The notes below the pieces were generated by a model. That model did no database searches. It was not told the origin of the DNA and saw only the letters and a program-made list of their open reading frames with translations. From positions 11,805-75,804 of the forward strand of contig MHJU01000005.1 of the NCBI GenBank assembly GCA_001818155.1: DNA of 64,000 nt, in the 5' to 3' direction. Position numbers and translations under genes: made by a program. Origin of the DNA: Candidatus Jacksonbacteria bacterium RIFCSPLOWO2_02_FULL_44_20 (GTDB lineage: Bacteria; Patescibacteriota; Patescibacteriia; UBA9629). Shown in pieces: positions 28,057-36,552 of this stretch; positions within the stretch are counted from its first letter, which is position 1, and every line of letters begins with the position of its first letter.

Positions 28057-28860
28057 CTACAAAAAAAGCAAGATGAGCGAGCCTGCGATAATCCGATATA
28101 TTCCGTATATCGCGAGTCCGAATCGCGACAGAGTTTTCATCAAAATTTCAATGGCGATCAATCCGACAAGAGCTGAACTTATAAATCCTATGCTAAGCGG
28201 CAGTATTTCAACTGATATATCCCCGCTCCCAAAAATATCGCGAAGTTTGAATGCCCCGGCCGCCGCGATAAGCGGGATGCTCATTAGGAATGAAAATCGC
28301 GCGCCGTTTGCGCGGGACAATCCGGAAAAAATTCCGGCAGTGATCGTTACTCCGGAACGCGAAGCGCCAGGAATGAGCGAGAATATCTGCGCGCATCCTA
28401 TAATTAGCGCGCGCATCGGGCCGACCCCGGAGTTTGCGCTTTTTTGTTCGTTTCGTTTTGCGAAGAAATCAGCGGCGATGAGCAGTATCCCAAAGATAAT
28501 CAAATTTGCGCCGACAACTTCAAGCGCGCGAAAACGAGTTTCAATAATGTCGTTTGCAAGCGCTCCAGCTGTTCCAGCCGGAATAATTCCTAAAATTATT
28601 GCAAGCGCAAGTCGGCGATCTTCCCTGTATGACGGATTTTTGCGCGCGAACACTGCGATCATCAGGCGCCGCAGATCAGAGCGGAAATAAAAGAGCACTG
28701 CAAAAAGAGTGCCCAGATGCAGAGCCGCGTCAAAGCCTAGTGTCTGAAGAGGCCAATGAAACAGTTTTGGAATAAGAATCAAATGCCCGGAACTTGAAAT
28801 CGGTAAAAATTCCGTGAGCCCTTGCGTTATGCCGAGCGTGAGAGATTGGATGGTGGTCAT
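28057..28860 (-). CDS. uppP: undecaprenyl-diphosphatase
   Basis: LTEFLPISSSGHL and SRSGVTITAG motifs of BacA/UppP. Confidence 0.9.
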   Translation of the reverse strand: MTTIQSLTLGITQGLTEFLPISSSGHLILIPKLFHWPLQTLGFDAALHLGTLFAVLFYFRSDLRRLMIAVFARKNPSYREDRRLALAIILGIIPAGTAGALANDIIETRFRALEVVGANLIIFGILLIAADFFAKRNEQKSANSGVGPMRALIIGCAQIFSLIPGASRSGVTITAGIFSGLSRANGARFSFLMSIPLIAAAGAFKLRDIFGSGDISVEILPLSIGFISSALVGLIAIEILMKTLSRFGLAIYGIYRIIAGSLILLFL

Positions 28861-28901
28861 TTCGCTACTGTATCACGTCGCTATCCTTGATACAAGCGGC
28901 T

Positions 28902-30545
28902 TTATACTCTGTACATCTCCCCAATCACTTCTTTATACCTCTCTTCAATCACCTTTCGTTTAAGTTTTAATGTGGGCGTGAGTTCGTCACGTTCCACTAA
29001 AAACGGCTCTTTAAGAATGGTAATTTTTTTTATGCGCTCGTGTTCAGGGAAATCCGCGAGAATGCGATTAATTTCTTCCTGAATGCGGGTATGCGCGGAG
29101 CGTTCTTCCGCAATCCCTTCCGCTTTTAACATTTCTCGTTCTGGCGCGATAAGCGCGGTTACCATTTTTTTTCCGTCTCCGACTACAATCGCCTGTGTTA
29201 TAAACGGGCTCGCATTCAGCGCGGTTTCAATCTCTTCTGGCTGAACGTTTTTTCCGGTTGAAAGAACAAGGATGTTTTTTTTGCGCCCGGTGATGTGGAG
29301 AAATCCGTCAGCATCAATTGAACCAAGATCTCCGGTTTTGAAAAATCCCTCTAAAGTAAATGCCGCTTGCGTCGCCCCGGGCAGTTTATAATACCCTTGC
29401 ATGACAGACGGCCCTTTCACAATAATTTCTCCGTCATCCGCAATTTTCACAATCAGATTATCAAGAGGAAGCCCGCATGAGCCAAACACATGCGCGTTTT
29501 CGCGATTGCATGAAATGACAGGCGAGGTCTCTGTAAGGCCGTATCCTTCAAGAATAGTGAGTCCGTATTTGTGAAAAAATGCGCCGATTGCCTTGTCTAA
29601 AGACGCTCCGCCCGAGACGCACAAACGAATGGCGCCGCCGAATCGTTTTTTGATTATGCGCGAAAGAAGAGCGCCGCCGCAAGGAAGATATTTTACAATA
29701 TGAAACATTTTGTTTGCAAGTATTTTCTCATGCGCTTTCTCAAAAATACGAGGGACGCCGAGGAGAACGGTCGGGCGCGCGCGTTTCAGATCATGCGGGA
29801 TCGCGCGCGGATCGCGAGAGGACTCTCCATAAAAAATACATGCCCCGGAAGTAAGCGGCGCATAACAGCCGGCAGTGCGTTCAAAAACGTGCGAGAGCGG
29901 CAGTATTGAAAGAAGCCGATCATCCATATGCAATGGAATTGCCCGCTGTATCGCCTCCACATTGCTTACGATATTTTCATGTGTCAGCGCCGCGCCTTTT
30001 GGCATGCCTGTTGTGCCGGATGTGTAAATAATTGTTGCTATACTTGATGAATAACGCAAATTCATCGGATTTGTTTTACTATATTTGCGCGTAAAATCTG
30101 TAAAGTGAAAATGTTTTTTCTGATTCAAGCCGAGAATTTTATTTTTTGCGCAGTAAATAATTGTGTGGAGCGGTAGACCGTTGTGGATATGGTTCAATTT
30201 TTCAAATAAATGATTGTCGGAGATTATAGCGATTTTGGCGCCGCAATCGTTTAGAATATGTCTTACGTATTTTTCCTGAAACACAGAATGGATCGGAACT
30301 GTAATCGCGCCGAGCATTTGAATAGCAAGATCAGCAATCACCCATTCGCTCCGATTCTCGCTAAAGATTGCCACTGTGTCCCCTCCGCGCGTTCCCAAAC
30401 GAAAAAGACCCTCGGCAAATCGCAGGGTCTTTTTGTAAAGTTTTCTGTATGTTATAAAGCGATATTCGCCCTCTTGTATTTGAGCCAATGCTTGAGCGTT
30501 TTCTTTGCGTTCAAGATTTTTGAAAACGAGATCAGGTATTGTCAT
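28902..30545 (-). CDS. AMP-dependent synthetase/ligase (long-chain acyl-CoA synthetase-like)
   Basis: AMP-binding motif IIYTSGTTGMPKGAALTHENI, GYGLTETS, and ...TGDLG... motifs. Confidence 0.8.
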   Translation of the reverse strand: MTIPDLVFKNLERKENAQALAQIQEGEYRFITYRKLYKKTLRFAEGLFRLGTRGGDTVAIFSENRSEWVIADLAIQMLGAITVPIHSVFQEKYVRHILNDCGAKIAIISDNHLFEKLNHIHNGLPLHTIIYCAKNKILGLNQKKHFHFTDFTRKYSKTNPMNLRYSSSIATIIYTSGTTGMPKGAALTHENIVSNVEAIQRAIPLHMDDRLLSILPLSHVFERTAGCYAPLTSGACIFYGESSRDPRAIPHDLKRARPTVLLGVPRIFEKAHEKILANKMFHIVKYLPCGGALLSRIIKKRFGGAIRLCVSGGASLDKAIGAFFHKYGLTILEGYGLTETSPVISCNRENAHVFGSCGLPLDNLIVKIADDGEIIVKGPSVMQGYYKLPGATQAAFTLEGFFKTGDLGSIDADGFLHITGRKKNILVLSTGKNVQPEEIETALNASPFITQAIVVGDGKKMVTALIAPEREMLKAEGIAEERSAHTRIQEEINRILADFPEHERIKKITILKEPFLVERDELTPTLKLKRKVIEERYKEVIGEMYRV

Positions 30546-31537
30546 GATCCTTGTATAACCGATTCAATAAGACGACAGGCGTATCCCCATTCATTATCAT
30601 ACCACGACAGAATTTTCACCAAGTCTCCGTCAACAACTTTTGTAAACGGCAGATCAATGATGCCGGAGTATGAGGTTTTTAAGATGTCGCTTGATACGAT
30701 CGGATCTTCCGAGACTCCGATGATGCCTTTGTAACGCGGAGAGTTTGCCGCCTCTTTGAATGTGTTATTTACTTCTTCAACAGTAACCGATTTTGCAAGC
30801 ACCATCGTTATGTCAGAAACCGAGCCCGCTGGAACCGGCACCCGAAGCGCGATGCCGTCAAATTTTCCTTTCAAGTCAGTGATAACTTCTGTCGTTGAAA
30901 TCGCGGCGCCGGTTGTCGTCGGGACGATATTGATTGCCGCGGCGCGCGCTCGCCTAAGATCGCGATGCGGGCCGTCAACAAGATTTTGATCCGCGGTGTA
31001 ACCGTGAACAGTTGTGAGAAGCGCTTTTTTCACCCCAAAACGTTGATGCATCAGATACACAGGCGCGGTGATGCTATTTGTTGTGCAAGAGGCGTTTGAT
31101 TTTAAGGGATTAGAATCGCGCGCGATATCCGAAACTCCGAGGATGTGAGTGGAAATGCCCGCGCCTTTTGGAGGCGCCGAGAGCAGAACCTTTTTTGCTC
31201 CTGCCTCAAGATGAAGGCGCATTTTTTCTTCGCTTGTGAAAATTCCAGTTGATTCAATAACAGTGTCAACTTCCAGAGTTCCCCATGGTAGTTTCTGCGG
31301 CTCTTTTTCCGCGTACACAGGATACGATTTTCCTTCAACAATGAGGTGCTTCTCCTCAAAATTTACCTCTTTTTCATATTTTCCGTATACACTGTCGTAA
31401 CGCAGAAGATAGGCAAGTATTTTTGTATCAAAGAGATCGTTGATGGCTACGACATCAAGCTCGTTTTTGTGCTCCAAGGCTATTTTGAATGCGGCCCGGC
31501 CGATGCGGCCAAAGCCGTTGATGGCGATGCGTTTCAT
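30542..31537 (-). CDS. gap: glyceraldehyde-3-phosphate dehydrogenase
   Basis: INGFGRIGR NAD-binding motif and catalytic ASCTTNS. Probable start MKRIAINGFG at 31537. Confidence 0.9.
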   Translation of the reverse strand: MKRIAINGFGRIGRAAFKIALEHKNELDVVAINDLFDTKILAYLLRYDSVYGKYEKEVNFEEKHLIVEGKSYPVYAEKEPQKLPWGTLEVDTVIESTGIFTSEEKMRLHLEAGAKKVLLSAPPKGAGISTHILGVSDIARDSNPLKSNASCTTNSITAPVYLMHQRFGVKKALLTTVHGYTADQNLVDGPHRDLRRARAAAINIVPTTTGAAISTTEVITDLKGKFDGIALRVPVPAGSVSDITMVLAKSVTVEEVNNTFKEAANSPRYKGIIGVSEDPIVSSDILKTSYSGIIDLPFTKVVDGDLVKILSWYDNEWGYACRLIESVIQGS

Positions 31538-31585
31538 GTTATAAATTACCAATTACTAATTTTGTATCCTCGTAACCTTTGTTGT

Positions 31586-32182
31586 TTATACAGTTTTTTG
31601 TGATTCTAAAATAAAATTTTTGATTTTAGAGTTTTTAAATTCCTGGGCTAAAATGTCCATCTGGATTATATCATAATACGTGCCGCCCCAGAAATGCGCT
31701 TCGCGGAGTAGTCCAGTTTTTCTGAAGCCAACAGCTTGATACGCGCGAAGGGCTCGCATGTTGTAACTGTATACGCCAAGCGAGACGGAATGCAGATTCA
31801 AGACATTGAAGGCAAAATCAAGCATTAAAGTAGTCGCTTCTCTACCATAACCTTTGCTCCAGTATGCTTTTTCTCCAATAACAATTCCAAATTCAGCTTT
31901 GCGATTAACGTCTTCAGTGTTGCGAAGCGTGCTTATCCCAATCAGTTGCGCTTGTTTTGTTAAGATCGCGAGGGTAAAACTCGTACCTTCTTTTGTTTTT
32001 GATTTAGCATCTTTCAACCATTGAAGTTCATCGACTACAGTAAAAATTTTTGACGAACTTACCGTAGTTTTAGTAACTTCTAAATCAGTTATCCACTTAT
32101 GAAAAATATGCAGATCTTTTTCATCCAGCGGACACAGGTTAACGCGTTTTCCTTGAAGTTTTACCGGTCGGCTGGATTTCAT
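31586..32182 (-). CDS. GNAT family N-acetyltransferase (RimJ/RimL-like)
   Basis: GNAT core (IGISTL ... FGIVIGEKAYWSKGYGREA). Confidence 0.75.
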   Translation of the reverse strand: MKSSRPVKLQGKRVNLCPLDEKDLHIFHKWITDLEVTKTTVSSSKIFTVVDELQWLKDAKSKTKEGTSFTLAILTKQAQLIGISTLRNTEDVNRKAEFGIVIGEKAYWSKGYGREATTLMLDFAFNVLNLHSVSLGVYSYNMRALRAYQAVGFRKTGLLREAHFWGGTYYDIIQMDILAQEFKNSKIKNFILESQKTV

Positions 32183-32412
32183 ACTTTACAGAAATTTTTT
32201 AATTTCATCTGGCGTAAGTTTTACTTGTCTTAAAATTGCAAACAATGTGCCTTTATGCAACGGTTTTCTGTGCGAGGTTTGACATGCTAAGCAGGAATTT
32301 TAACACGCGCATGCGCAATAATACTATTTTCTTGCGTGGTAAGCCAATTTAACATATCTCTCTTTTCCTCCCGCAAACATTCTAGTTTAAAATTTTATGT
32401 TTCATAAATATT

Positions 32413-33111
32413 CTACGATATAATCGTCCCGAGAGAAGGATTTTTTAAGACGCGAGAGAGAGAGTCGGGAGCCCACTTAAATACGACAATCGGAAGCGCG
32501 TTTTCTCCTGCGAGCGTGAAGGCGGTTTGATCTAAAATCCGCAAATTTTTTGCGATTGCTTCGTCGTACGAAAGCGTATCGTATCGTTTGGCCGTTGGAT
32601 TCACCTCTGGATCCTCCGAATACACGCCGTCAACATCAGTTGCTTTGAAGAGGGCATCGGCTTTTATCTCTAACGCTCGTAAAACAGCCGCCGTATCGTG
32701 AGTAAAAAATGCCTCTCCTGTTCCTCCGGCGCAGATTATAATTTTTCCTTCTTGAAGGAGTTTGCGGGCTTTAAAAGGATCAAACTTTCGCGCAATCCCA
32801 GGAATTTCAAATGCAGACATTAATCGCGTGTCAACTCCGTTTCCGTTCAGAATTTCCAAAAGCGCAAGAGAATTTGGAATGCCTGCCATGAATCCGATCT
32901 GATCGGCCGCGATTCTATCAAATGTTGGAGGGCGATTCCTGCCTCTAAAAATGTTTCCAGCGCCGTTTACAACAGCAATTTCAATGCCGCTATTTTTCGC
33001 CGCGATAATTTCATCAGCGATTTTCGCAATGGCGGAAAAATTTAAACCACTGCCGTCTTCGCCACTAAAGAGACCGCCGGAGAGTTTGAGGAGGATGCGG
33101 TTGTAGAACAT
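32413..33111 (-). CDS. pyrH: uridylate kinase
   Basis: ILLKLSGG ... VVNGAGNIFRG ... amino-acid kinase fold of UMP kinase. Confidence 0.9.
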   Translation of the reverse strand: MFYNRILLKLSGGLFSGEDGSGLNFSAIAKIADEIIAAKNSGIEIAVVNGAGNIFRGRNRPPTFDRIAADQIGFMAGIPNSLALLEILNGNGVDTRLMSAFEIPGIARKFDPFKARKLLQEGKIIICAGGTGEAFFTHDTAAVLRALEIKADALFKATDVDGVYSEDPEVNPTAKRYDTLSYDEAIAKNLRILDQTAFTLAGENALPIVVFKWAPDSLSRVLKNPSLGTIIS

Positions 33112-33190
33112 AATTATGGTTTGGAAATATCCATTCTTTTTTCGTTGCGTTCACTTAGTTTAGTGAGGCAGAAGACTTGTTAGAAATTCA

Positions 33191-33775
33191 TTACACCACC
33201 ATCCGCACAAACTCCCCTACTTCAATATTTTCCCCCAATTTTTGTATTTTTTCCTGTATCACGGATTCCACTGATCGCGTGTCGTCTTTTACAAACGGCT
33301 GATTAAGCAAACACACTGTTTCGTAATATTTACGCAATTTTCCATCAAGAATAGTATCACTGATATACGCCGGCTTTCCTTCTTTTGAAAGTTTCTCGGT
33401 TTCTATTTCTATTTCTTTTTCTATGACTTCACTCGGGATATCTTTAGAAGAGCGATATAACGGTTGCATAGCCGCGACCTGCATCGCCAAGTCTTTTGCG
33501 AGTTCCTTGAACTCATTATTTCTCGCCACAAAGTCAGTTTCCGAGCGGAGCGATACTAGAGCCGCGAGCTTTCCATTAGTGTGGACATATACGCCAATCG
33601 CGCCTTCGCCTGTTTGCCTGGAACTTTTTTTTGCCGCAATGATAACGCCGATTTTGCGCAAAATTTCTTTTGCTTTTGTAATATTGCCACCTGCTTTTTC
33701 CAAAGATTCGCGGCAGTCCACGACCCCTGCCCCGGTTTCATCGCGAAGTTTTTTAACGAGCTGTATATCAATCAT
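33191..33775 (-). CDS. tsf: elongation factor Ts (short form)
   Basis: LVKKLRDETGAGVVDCRESL UBA-like N-terminus, dimerisation core. Confidence 0.9.
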   Translation of the reverse strand: MIDIQLVKKLRDETGAGVVDCRESLEKAGGNITKAKEILRKIGVIIAAKKSSRQTGEGAIGVYVHTNGKLAALVSLRSETDFVARNNEFKELAKDLAMQVAAMQPLYRSSKDIPSEVIEKEIEIETEKLSKEGKPAYISDTILDGKLRKYYETVCLLNQPFVKDDTRSVESVIQEKIQKLGENIEVGEFVRMVV

Positions 33776-34494
33776 GGTTTAACTTCCGGAGCCGCTTCCG
33801 GAGGATTTGTTGATGCGTTCTTCGCCTCCACAATCGCTTCTGTTATTGTTTTGAGAATCATTTTTACGGAATTGATCGCGTCATCGTTTGCCGGAATCGG
33901 ATAGGCAATCGGACGAATATCAACATTTGAGTCTGTAATAGCGATTATCGGGATATTCTGCGCCTCTGCCTCGCGCACTGCGGTTTTACTTTCTTTGCAG
34001 TCCGTAATAAAAAGCGCATCCGGTATTTTTTCAAGATTTACGATTCCGCCATATATGCTCTCTAATTTTTCAAATCCGCTTTGTAAAATCAACTGTTCTT
34101 TTTTCGTGTATTTTGCCCATTCGCCTTTCTCTTTTTCCTCGCGTCTTTTTCTTAATTTGTTTATCTGTTTTCTTACAATCGCCCAGTTTGTGATTGTTCC
34201 GCCGACCCATTTTTCTATAATATATGGCATTTGAGAAGCTATAGCAGATTCTTTTACGACATTTTTTAATTGCTTTTTCGTGCCGATAAATAAAATTATC
34301 CCTCCGTTCTGAACAGTCTTTTTTACAAATTCTGCGGCGGAAACCAGCGAATCCATCGTTTGTTTCAAATCAATAATATGCACGCCTTTCCGCTCTGTAA
34401 AGATGTAAGGCTCCATTGAAGGATGCCATTTTGATTTTTTATGTCCGAAGTGAGCCCCTGCTTTCAGGAGTTCAAGAATATCTGGAATTTTCAT
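33772..34494 (-). CDS. rpsB: 30S ribosomal protein S2
   Basis: LLKAGAHFGHKKSKWHP ... GGIILFIGTKKQ, typical bS2. Confidence 0.9.
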   Translation of the reverse strand: MKIPDILELLKAGAHFGHKKSKWHPSMEPYIFTERKGVHIIDLKQTMDSLVSAAEFVKKTVQNGGIILFIGTKKQLKNVVKESAIASQMPYIIEKWVGGTITNWAIVRKQINKLRKRREEKEKGEWAKYTKKEQLILQSGFEKLESIYGGIVNLEKIPDALFITDCKESKTAVREAEAQNIPIIAITDSNVDIRPIAYPIPANDDAINSVKMILKTITEAIVEAKNASTNPPEAAPEVKP

Positions 34495-34596
34495 AGTTGA
34501 AGAGTGTGTTTAAGATTAGAGAATTATGGTAGCGCAAAATGATTACTTTGACAAGATATGCATTTTTTGCTAGATTTTTGCTTAAAGAGATTTTAT

Positions 34597-34857
34597 ATGA
34601 AACTATCAATCCATCCAGCATATCACGAAAAGGCAACAATAACCTGTTCATGCGGAAATGTTCTTATTGTAGGTTCAACAAAAGAAACAATGCATACGGA
34701 AGTCTGCTCTAATTGCCATCCGTTTTATACCGGCAAGAAGAAACTTATGGATACTGCTGGGCGAGTAGAACGATTTAAAGCGCGCGGTGAAAAAAGCAAA
34801 GCATTGCAGGCGCAAAAGGCGTTGCGAAAAAATTCTGCGAAAAAATCAACGGAGTAG
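34597..34857 (+). CDS. rpmE: 50S ribosomal protein L31
   Basis: [28 protein letters not shown] ... [11 protein letters not shown] zinc ribbon. Probable start at ATG 34597 (track 34558). Confidence 0.85.
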   Translation: MKLSIHPAYHEKATITCSCGNVLIVGSTKETMHTEVCSNCHPFYTGKKKLMDTAGRVERFKARGEKSKALQAQKALRKNSAKKSTE

Positions 34858-34885
34858 TTCATTAAAAGTGTGAGCGATTAAAAAA

Positions 34886-34917
34886 AGAGACTGTGGTTGT
34901 CTCTTTTTATTTTTTTG
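34886..34917. terminator. Rho-independent terminator hairpin after rpmE (AGAGAC-7nt-GTCTCT followed by a T-run), potentially bidirectional
   Basis: Stem 34886..34891/34899..34904, then TTTTTATTTTTT. A-run upstream gives symmetry. Confidence 0.6.
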
Positions 34918-35023
34918 CCAAATACGAAGCCGCAATAAGGAGAATACCGCTTAGAATAACAATGATAAGAAAAACTGAAAGGAACTCTTTTGGTTCGCGC
35001 GTTTTTTTCTCATTTTTCGGCAT
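34907..35023 (-). CDS. candidate small single-TM protein (38 aa, MPKNEKKTREPKEFLSVFLIIVILSGILLIAASYLAKK), below the ORF-track size cutoff
   Basis: ATG at 35023, stop TAA at 34909..34907, one hydrophobic helix. Lies in an otherwise empty ~330-nt intergenic region and ends at the terminator hairpin. Confidence 0.25.
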   Translation of the reverse strand: MPKNEKKTREPKEFLSVFLIIVILSGILLIAASYLAKK

Positions 35024-35245
35024 ATCACTTGGTTTGATTTTGTGGCGTATGCTTGCGACAAAACATACAAAATTTAGAGTGTTCTTTCAATTTTGTTTCC
35101 TTCTTTTTGCTAAAGGAAATGTGATATGTTCTTTGCTTACATACTCCGCATTGAAGCCAAATTAGCGTGTCTTTTTTTGATGCCATAGGTTTAGGTTTTA
35201 GATAAGTTATCTTTCAATAGTAGGTTACAAAAAGGAAAAAGTCAA

Positions 35246-36490
35246 TTAGCTGTGTTTAATAGCAAATTTTCGCAGTTTCTTGTGATACGATAGGGCAAAA
35301 CGATGGGCTTCGTCGCGAACGCGCGCAAACAGCTCTCTTAATTCCATAATTTCTTTTTTGAAAATTTTTGCCTCTTTATTGAATATAAGTTCAACCTTTT
35401 TTCTAGTTTTTCCTTTTGCGATGCCGACAATCGGGACAAAAAAATTCATTGATCTTGCGATTTCTACTCCAGCATTCACCTGCGCTGTTCCGCCGTCAAT
35501 AAAAATCAGATCCGGCAGACTCCATTCCTTGTGTGTAAAACGCCGTCGCAAAATTTCTTTAAGCATTTCTGTATCGTTAATACCTTCAACTGTTTTTATT
35601 TTGAATTTCCTGTATTCTTTTTTATCCGGCTCCCCATTTATGAAGACAACCATGCTCCCTACCGCATATTTACCACTGATATTGGAAACGTCGTACCCCT
35701 CAATGCGGCGAAACGGAATCCGCGATATTTCCTCTTTTTTCATAAGAGCGACATCGCATATATGTTTCAGGTTATGGAGCTGATTTCTGATTCGCGCCGC
35801 TGATTCAAAATCTTCTTCTTTGCTCAATCGTTCCATTTCACGTACGAGATTTGCGATGACGCGTTTGCGTTTTCCACTGAAAAATAGAATGAGATTTTTG
35901 ATTATTTTTTTGTACTCGCGCGGAGTAATCGCGAGAGTGCACACACCGGGGCAAAGGCCTAAATGATTGTAAAAACAAGGTTTTATTTTTTTTTGATCTC
36001 TTGGCGGTTTGCAAGCGCTAAACGGAATTATTTTCCGCACAAGTTTCAATAATGATTGAACAAGATCTCTGCTTTTGAATGGGCCAAAGACGGCTTGATA
36101 GAGTCCGGGCGTTTTTTCTAATTCCCTCCCTCGCGCAACTAGCACGCGCGGGTAAATGTCTTTTGTAATCACGACATAGATAAAACTTTTGTCGTCTTTT
36201 TGTTCTATATTATATTTCGGCTGATGTTTTTTGATTAGTTCCGCTTCTTTGAAAGTTGCTTCAAGCACTGAATCAGTTTTTTTACAGTCAATTGAAGCGA
36301 CGTGCGATACAAGCGCTTCAGTTTTGGCGTCATGAGCTTTTATAAAATATGAAGAAACGCGTTTTTTGAGCGATCCTGCTCTTCCGACGTAAATCACCTC
36401 TCCTTTTACGTTCTTCATTAGGTACACTCCGGGAGTCTTTGGTAAATGCTTGACAAATTTTGAGAAGCGCAGTTGAGTGCTTTTTTTCAT
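35246..36490 (-). CDS. uvrC: excinuclease ABC subunit C, short form (GIY-YIG + UVR + RNase H-like endonuclease domains; no C-terminal HhH)
   Basis: GIY-YIG (PGVYLMKNVKGEVIYVGRA), Cys cluster, UVR motif (FESAARIRNQL), EGYDVSNISG ... FIDGGTAQ. Ends at about 415 aa versus about 600 in full-length UvrC. Confidence 0.8.
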   Translation of the reverse strand: MKKSTQLRFSKFVKHLPKTPGVYLMKNVKGEVIYVGRAGSLKKRVSSYFIKAHDAKTEALVSHVASIDCKKTDSVLEATFKEAELIKKHQPKYNIEQKDDKSFIYVVITKDIYPRVLVARGRELEKTPGLYQAVFGPFKSRDLVQSLLKLVRKIIPFSACKPPRDQKKIKPCFYNHLGLCPGVCTLAITPREYKKIIKNLILFFSGKRKRVIANLVREMERLSKEEDFESAARIRNQLHNLKHICDVALMKKEEISRIPFRRIEGYDVSNISGKYAVGSMVVFINGEPDKKEYRKFKIKTVEGINDTEMLKEILRRRFTHKEWSLPDLIFIDGGTAQVNAGVEIARSMNFFVPIVGIAKGKTRKKVELIFNKEAKIFKKEIMELRELFARVRDEAHRFALSYHKKLRKFAIKHS

Positions 36491-36552
36491 GAAAAAGCTT
36501 GTTATCACGATCTGTTCTGTATAGAAAATTAACACCGCCTTTGGTGGCGGTT

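Noticed and set aside
31102-31359. 85-aa minus-strand ORF
   Set aside because: Lies inside the gap gene in another frame. Arg-rich artefact.
34893-35165. 90-aa plus-strand ORF (MVVSFYFFAKYEAAIRR...)
   Set aside because: Starts inside the rpmE terminator hairpin, has a Phe/Leu-rich low-complexity sequence and no start context. The minus-strand 38-aa mini-ORF is a better, though still weak, candidate.
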